Virus record (IMG/VR): IMGVR_UViG_2597490154_000003
Strand: one strand, 5' to 3'
DNA: 46,799 nucleotides
Origin: a virus
Taxonomy: Duplodnaviria; Heunggongvirae; Uroviricota; Caudoviricetes
The number at the start of each line of letters is the position of its first letter. Within the stretch, counting starts at the first letter, position 1. The notes beneath the pieces are model-generated. The model worked only from the letters and a program-made list of their open reading frames with translations. It did not search any database and was not told the origin of the DNA. The position numbers were made by a program, and so were the translations under genes. Below, in pieces: positions 42,996 through 46,799 of the stretch.

Positions 42996-43250
42996 ATGAG
43001 CACTTTTACCGACAAAGAACTGATTAAAGAAATCAAAGAGCGTATCAGCAGTTTGGATGTGCGAGACAATGTTGAGCGCCGGGCTTATGAAATTGCTCTG
43101 GCATCGCTGGAAGAGAATCCGGTGGCATGGCTGCATTCAGACAATGGCTTAGGTATTCCGGCAATAACGAGGAGTAAAAACATTGCTGACAGTTGGTTAT
43201 CAAAGGGTTGGTATGTTCAGCCGCTATATATGCCAAGCCAGTGCCAGTAG
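42996..43250 (+). CDS. hypothetical protein
   Basis: internal ATG of track ORF 42975-43250 with GGAG RBS; N-terminal motif ERRAYEIALASLEEN echoes N-terminus of the 44009-44749 gene. Confidence 0.4.
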   Translation: MSTFTDKELIKEIKERISSLDVRDNVERRAYEIALASLEENPVAWLHSDNGLGIPAITRSKNIADSWLSKGWYVQPLYMPSQCQ

Positions 43251-43267
43251 TACCTGAAGAAAAACCA

Positions 43268-43801
43268 ATGCCTAACCCTCTTAGCATGTACGCGGTCGAT
43301 GCTGTTGCCGCTATTGCAGAGGTGAGAGGCTGGAACGCCTGCCGCGCGGCTATGCTTCATGCCGGAAACTTTCGGGAAAACGCGAATTCGTCAACCAATA
43401 ATTTTCGGGAAATTTCGGAAACGTCAACCAACTCTCCGGTAATTCCTGGTGAGGTGTTGTCCGCAATCCTGAAATTTGCCAGAGTTCGTGCTGATTTCGA
43501 TGATTTTGACGGCGACAGGCGAGGTATCGGTGATTGTCTGGATGAGGCTGAGCAAGAGCTTATCGTTACCATTAACAAATATGCCAGTCAGTTGGCAGCA
43601 GAACCGATAGCGACTAATGACGTTCGAGAGCAGCAGACAGCCGTTCCGCCAGTTCCTGTAATACAGGCTGATGTCGCGCAAGCAATTGAAAATCTCAGGC
43701 AGAAGTTAGTGGAATGCAATCGCTATAACTACTGCGCAGATGCAGTTAAGGGCGTAGAGGATGCCTGCCACGCTGCCATGCTTCAGGGAAAAAGAGAGTG
43801 A
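43268..43801 (+). CDS. hypothetical protein
   Basis: track ORF 43193-43801, start uncertain; contains NSPVIPGE motif encoded by an 18-nt stretch identical to one in the 44009-44749 gene. Confidence 0.4.
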   Translation: MPNPLSMYAVDAVAAIAEVRGWNACRAAMLHAGNFRENANSSTNNFREISETSTNSPVIPGEVLSAILKFARVRADFDDFDGDRRGIGDCLDEAEQELIVTINKYASQLAAEPIATNDVREQQTAVPPVPVIQADVAQAIENLRQKLVECNRYNYCADAVKGVEDACHAAMLQGKRE

Positions 43802-43802
43802 T

Positions 43803-44012
43803 ATGGCTATTGCCGCAAGTTACACCATGCATCTCTATTGTGATTGTCGCCAGTGTACGGAAGGTGTATATCCAGTGCCAGACTTCGGTGAGTATATCGG
43901 TACGTCATGGTCTGGTTGTGCAAAAGAGGCCCGTAAAGACGGGTGGCGAATAAGCAAAGACAAAACACGTACTTTTGCGCCCGGGCATAAAGTTTTGAGG
44001 ATTAACACATGA
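43803..44012 (+). CDS. hypothetical Cys-rich small protein
   Basis: internal ATG of track ORF 43761-44012; 69 aa MAIAASYTMHLYCDCRQCTEG...; CDC..C cluster. Confidence 0.4.
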   Translation: MAIAASYTMHLYCDCRQCTEGVYPVPDFGEYIGTSWSGCAKEARKDGWRISKDKTRTFAPGHKVLRINT

Positions 44013-44749
44013 CCACTATTACCAAAGAACGTATTGAATTGTTCATTAAAAATCCGCTTGAAAACGGGCTTACTCGTGGCGAACAAATGGAACTAGCACG
44101 AATTGCACTGGCATCACTGGAACGCGAACAGATTCGCCACGAGCATGCCAAATGGTCTGACTCCACATTTGGCTGCGTTGGCCCCATTGGTCCACTGAAA
44201 CACCTCTCAAAAGAGGCACTGGAAGCCGCAGCCGAACCAGACGATCTTAGCGAGTGGGCTGATATGCAGTTTCTGTTGTGGGATGCACAGCGCCGTGCTG
44301 GCATCAGCGATGCTGAAATTACCGTTGCTATGGAAGATAAATTGAAGATCAACATGGAGCGCCAGTGGCCTGAGCCAAAAGATGGTGAGCCTCGCTTGCA
44401 CATTAAAGAACCCGGCAACTCTCCGGTAATTCCGGATGGTTTATCCACGGTATGCGCTGAGGCTTATCAGGTTGTAGGAGTTATGGCAGATGCGCTTGGT
44501 GTATTCGGTGATGCAGCAGTACAGAAAGTTCTGGATAACCTGTCACAGCAAAAACTTGTTCACAGAGATGTGCTGCCGTTCTCGCTTCCGGTAACTCCGG
44601 ATGGTTGGGTTATGGTTCCTAAACAGGTAACGCCGGAAATCAGCAACGCGATAAACGTTGTGGGTCAACGCTGTACATGCGGAAATTGCTCTCAGCGGTT
44701 GTGGGATTTATTACTCGACGCCACACAGCAAGGAGTTAACCGTGGCTAA
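44009..44749 (+). CDS. hypothetical protein (paralogous to 42996-43250 plus 43268-43801 module)
   Basis: 246 aa; RBS GAGGAT; N-terminal ELARIALASLEREQ and internal NSPVIPDG motifs shared with the two upstream genes. Confidence 0.5.
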   Translation: MTTITKERIELFIKNPLENGLTRGEQMELARIALASLEREQIRHEHAKWSDSTFGCVGPIGPLKHLSKEALEAAAEPDDLSEWADMQFLLWDAQRRAGISDAEITVAMEDKLKINMERQWPEPKDGEPRLHIKEPGNSPVIPDGLSTVCAEAYQVVGVMADALGVFGDAAVQKVLDNLSQQKLVHRDVLPFSLPVTPDGWVMVPKQVTPEISNAINVVGQRCTCGNCSQRLWDLLLDATQQGVNRG

Positions 44750-45026
44750 CCTGCAACTTGCCGTTAAAGGTGAATACTTCGATGCCATGATTCGCGGAGA
44801 GAAAACGGAAGAGTATCGCCTGTGTAATGACTACTGGAAAAAGCGCCTCGTTAACCGTAAGCATGACCGCCTGATTATCACAAAGGGATATCCGAAGCGC
44901 GACGATTCCAGCCGCAGAGTTGATGTTCCGTATGACGGATATGAAGTGAAGACAATCACACATCCGCACTTCGGTGATAAACCGGTAAAGGTATACGCGA
45001 TAAAGGTAAATATCGGCACTGAATAA
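44742..45026 (+). CDS. hypothetical protein
   Basis: GTG at 44742 with AAGGAG RBS, in frame within track ORF 44658-45026; overlaps previous stop by 8 nt. Confidence 0.45.
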   Translation: MANLQLAVKGEYFDAMIRGEKTEEYRLCNDYWKKRLVNRKHDRLIITKGYPKRDDSSRRVDVPYDGYEVKTITHPHFGDKPVKVYAIKVNIGTE

Positions 45027-45051
45027 CAATCCGCACAACACAAGGTCAAGA

Positions 45052-45291
45052 ATGTTCAGAGTGATTTACCCTAACACCTGGTACGTCGACCACCACGGCA
45101 CTCCCTGCAAAATCCTGCGTTCCACTCACAACAAAGTTCACTACATCCGAAAAGGCAGAACATGTATCGCCAGCATGTTCCGCTTTAATCATGACTTTGA
45201 ACCTGTGAATAAAGCTGACGCAGATCGGATAGCTGAAGAGATCGAAACAGCAGAACACATTAAGAAGTTACGTGCCATACGCAGGAAATAG
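45052..45291 (+). CDS. hypothetical protein
   Basis: 79-aa ORF upstream of xis, same strand as early-left operon. Confidence 0.4.
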   Translation: MFRVIYPNTWYVDHHGTPCKILRSTHNKVHYIRKGRTCIASMFRFNHDFEPVNKADADRIAEEIETAEHIKKLRAIRRK

Positions 45292-45430
45292 AAAAATTGA
45301 TAAATTCAATACTGCATTTCTCAGCATTAAATTTATCTCTATGACCAGTCAAGAGATGTACCTGCCATGAGCTTAATATCATGTCAGATATATCGGTCAC
45401 AAACTCCCTCAGCAGCTAAGAGGAGGACAA

Positions 45431-45667
45431 ATGTCTCGACTAATCACTTTACAGGACTGGGCTAAAGAAGAATTTGGGGACTTAGCACCAAGTGAGCGAG
45501 TTCTGAAAAAATACGCGCAAGGGAAAATGATGGCCCCACCCGCTATAAAAGTTGGTCGCTACTGGATGATTGACCGAAATTCCCGTTTTGTAGGAACGCT
45601 TGCAGAACCGCAACTCCCAATAAACGCAAACCCAAAACTCCAACGGATAATCGCTGATGGCTGCTAG
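45431..45667 (+). CDS. xis: excisionase-like protein
   Basis: 78 aa directly upstream of and overlapping int; strong RBS AAGAGGAGGA; basic protein; assignment mainly by position and size. Confidence 0.6.
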   Translation: MSRLITLQDWAKEEFGDLAPSERVLKKYAQGKMMAPPAIKVGRYWMIDRNSRFVGTLAEPQLPINANPKLQRIIADGC

Positions 45668-46799
45668 ACCCCGATCTCACAAAATCTCTATACCCAATTT
45701 ATATTGCAAATTAGATAAGCGAACCGGAAAGGTATATTGGCAATACAAACATCCACTATCCGGTCGTTTTCATAGCTTAGGAACTGATGAGAATGAAGCA
45801 AAACAAGTTGCTACTGAAGCAAATACCATTATTGCTGAACAACGTACCCGACAAATATTAAGCGTCAATGAGCGTCTAGAAAGAATGAAAGGCAGGCGCT
45901 CAGACATTACGGTGACAGAATGGCTTGATAAATATATTTCTATCCAGGAGGACAGGCTGCAACATAATGAACTAAGACCCAACTCCTATCGGCAAAAAGG
46001 CAAACCCATTCGTCTTTTCCGTGAGCATTGTGGAATGCAACACCTCAAGGATATTACCGCACTTGATATTGCCGAAATAATTGATGCTGTAAAGGCTGAA
46101 GGTCATAACAGGATGGCGCAAGTCGTGAGAATGGTGTTGATCGACGTCTTCAAAGAAGCACAACACGCAGGACATGTTCCGCCAGGATTTAACCCAGCGC
46201 AGGCAACAAAACAACCGCGAAATCGAGTAAACCGCCAAAGATTATCACTGCCCGAATGGCAGGCAATATTTGACAGCGTAAGCAGACGGCAGCCCTATTT
46301 AAAATGCGGGATGCTACTTGCTCTTGTCACTGGACAACGTTTAGGCGATATCTGCAATTTGAAATTCTCTGATATCTGGGACGACATGTTGCACATTACT
46401 CAGGAAAAAACCGGTTCAAAACTTGCTATTCCGCTTAACCTGAAATGCGATGCTCTGAATATTACCCTTCGTGAAGTTATATCTCAGTGCAGGGATGCTG
46501 TTGTTAGTAAATATCTGGTCCATTACCGTCACACTACCTCTCAAGCAAACAGAGGAGACCAGGTGTCTGCAAATACTCTTACAACGGCTTTTAAAAAGGC
46601 CAGGGAAAAATGTGGCATAAAATGGGAGCCAGGAACTGCGCCCACATTTCATGAGCAGCGATCTCTGTCAGAACGGTTATATCGGGAACAGGGTCTGGAT
46701 ACGCAAAAGTTGTTAGGTCATAAATCCAGAAAAATGACCGACCGATACAATGATGATCGTGGTAAAGACTGGATTATCGTAGATATCAAAACAGCATAG
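45657..46799 (+). CDS. int: tyrosine site-specific integrase
   Basis: 380 aa; conserved block LALVTGQRLGDI, HEQRSLSERLY and LGHKSRKMTDRYNDDRG (tyrosine recombinase R..H..R..Y region); stop at window end. Confidence 0.9.
   Translation: MAARPRSHKISIPNLYCKLDKRTGKVYWQYKHPLSGRFHSLGTDENEAKQVATEANTIIAEQRTRQILSVNERLERMKGRRSDITVTEWLDKYISIQEDRLQHNELRPNSYRQKGKPIRLFREHCGMQHLKDITALDIAEIIDAVKAEGHNRMAQVVRMVLIDVFKEAQHAGHVPPGFNPAQATKQPRNRVNRQRLSLPEWQAIFDSVSRRQPYLKCGMLLALVTGQRLGDICNLKFSDIWDDMLHITQEKTGSKLAIPLNLKCDALNITLREVISQCRDAVVSKYLVHYRHTTSQANRGDQVSANTLTTAFKKAREKCGIKWEPGTAPTFHEQRSLSERLYREQGLDTQKLLGHKSRKMTDRYNDDRGKDWIIVDIKTA

Overview
This window is a near-complete lambdoid prophage shown in reverse orientation to the standard lambda map; all calls are from reading the sequence and the ORF track against remembered lambda/P22/phage 21/IS911 proteins, with no database search run. 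Minus strand, left to right: side tail fibre plus two small unknown genes, the lambda tail set (J, I, K, L, M, H, G/GT, V, U, Z), head and packaging genes (FII, FI, E, D, C, B, W, A, Nu1) and cos. Then come a moron region (TonB-C-domain lipoprotein, bor), a phage-21-type lysis cassette (pinholin, SAR endolysin, Rz/Rz1), an intact nmpC-like porin, Q, and the nin region (rusA, N6-adenine methyltransferase, ninE, ninB, ren), P, O with ori iterons, OOP RNA, cII and cro. On the plus strand are a chimeric cI, a two-gene AT-rich operon in the rexAB position, PL/nutL, a P22-type N, then ral-ea10-cIII-kil-gam-bet-exo bracketed by two inverted IS911 copies, a variable ea-like region, xis and int. The strongest candidate for an undescribed system is the two-gene operon at 33002-34308, sitting where lambda carries rexAB; its function is unknown and untested here. 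Secondary candidates are the TonB-C lipoprotein near cos, the two small genes downstream of the tail fibre, and a duplicated gene module in the ea region.
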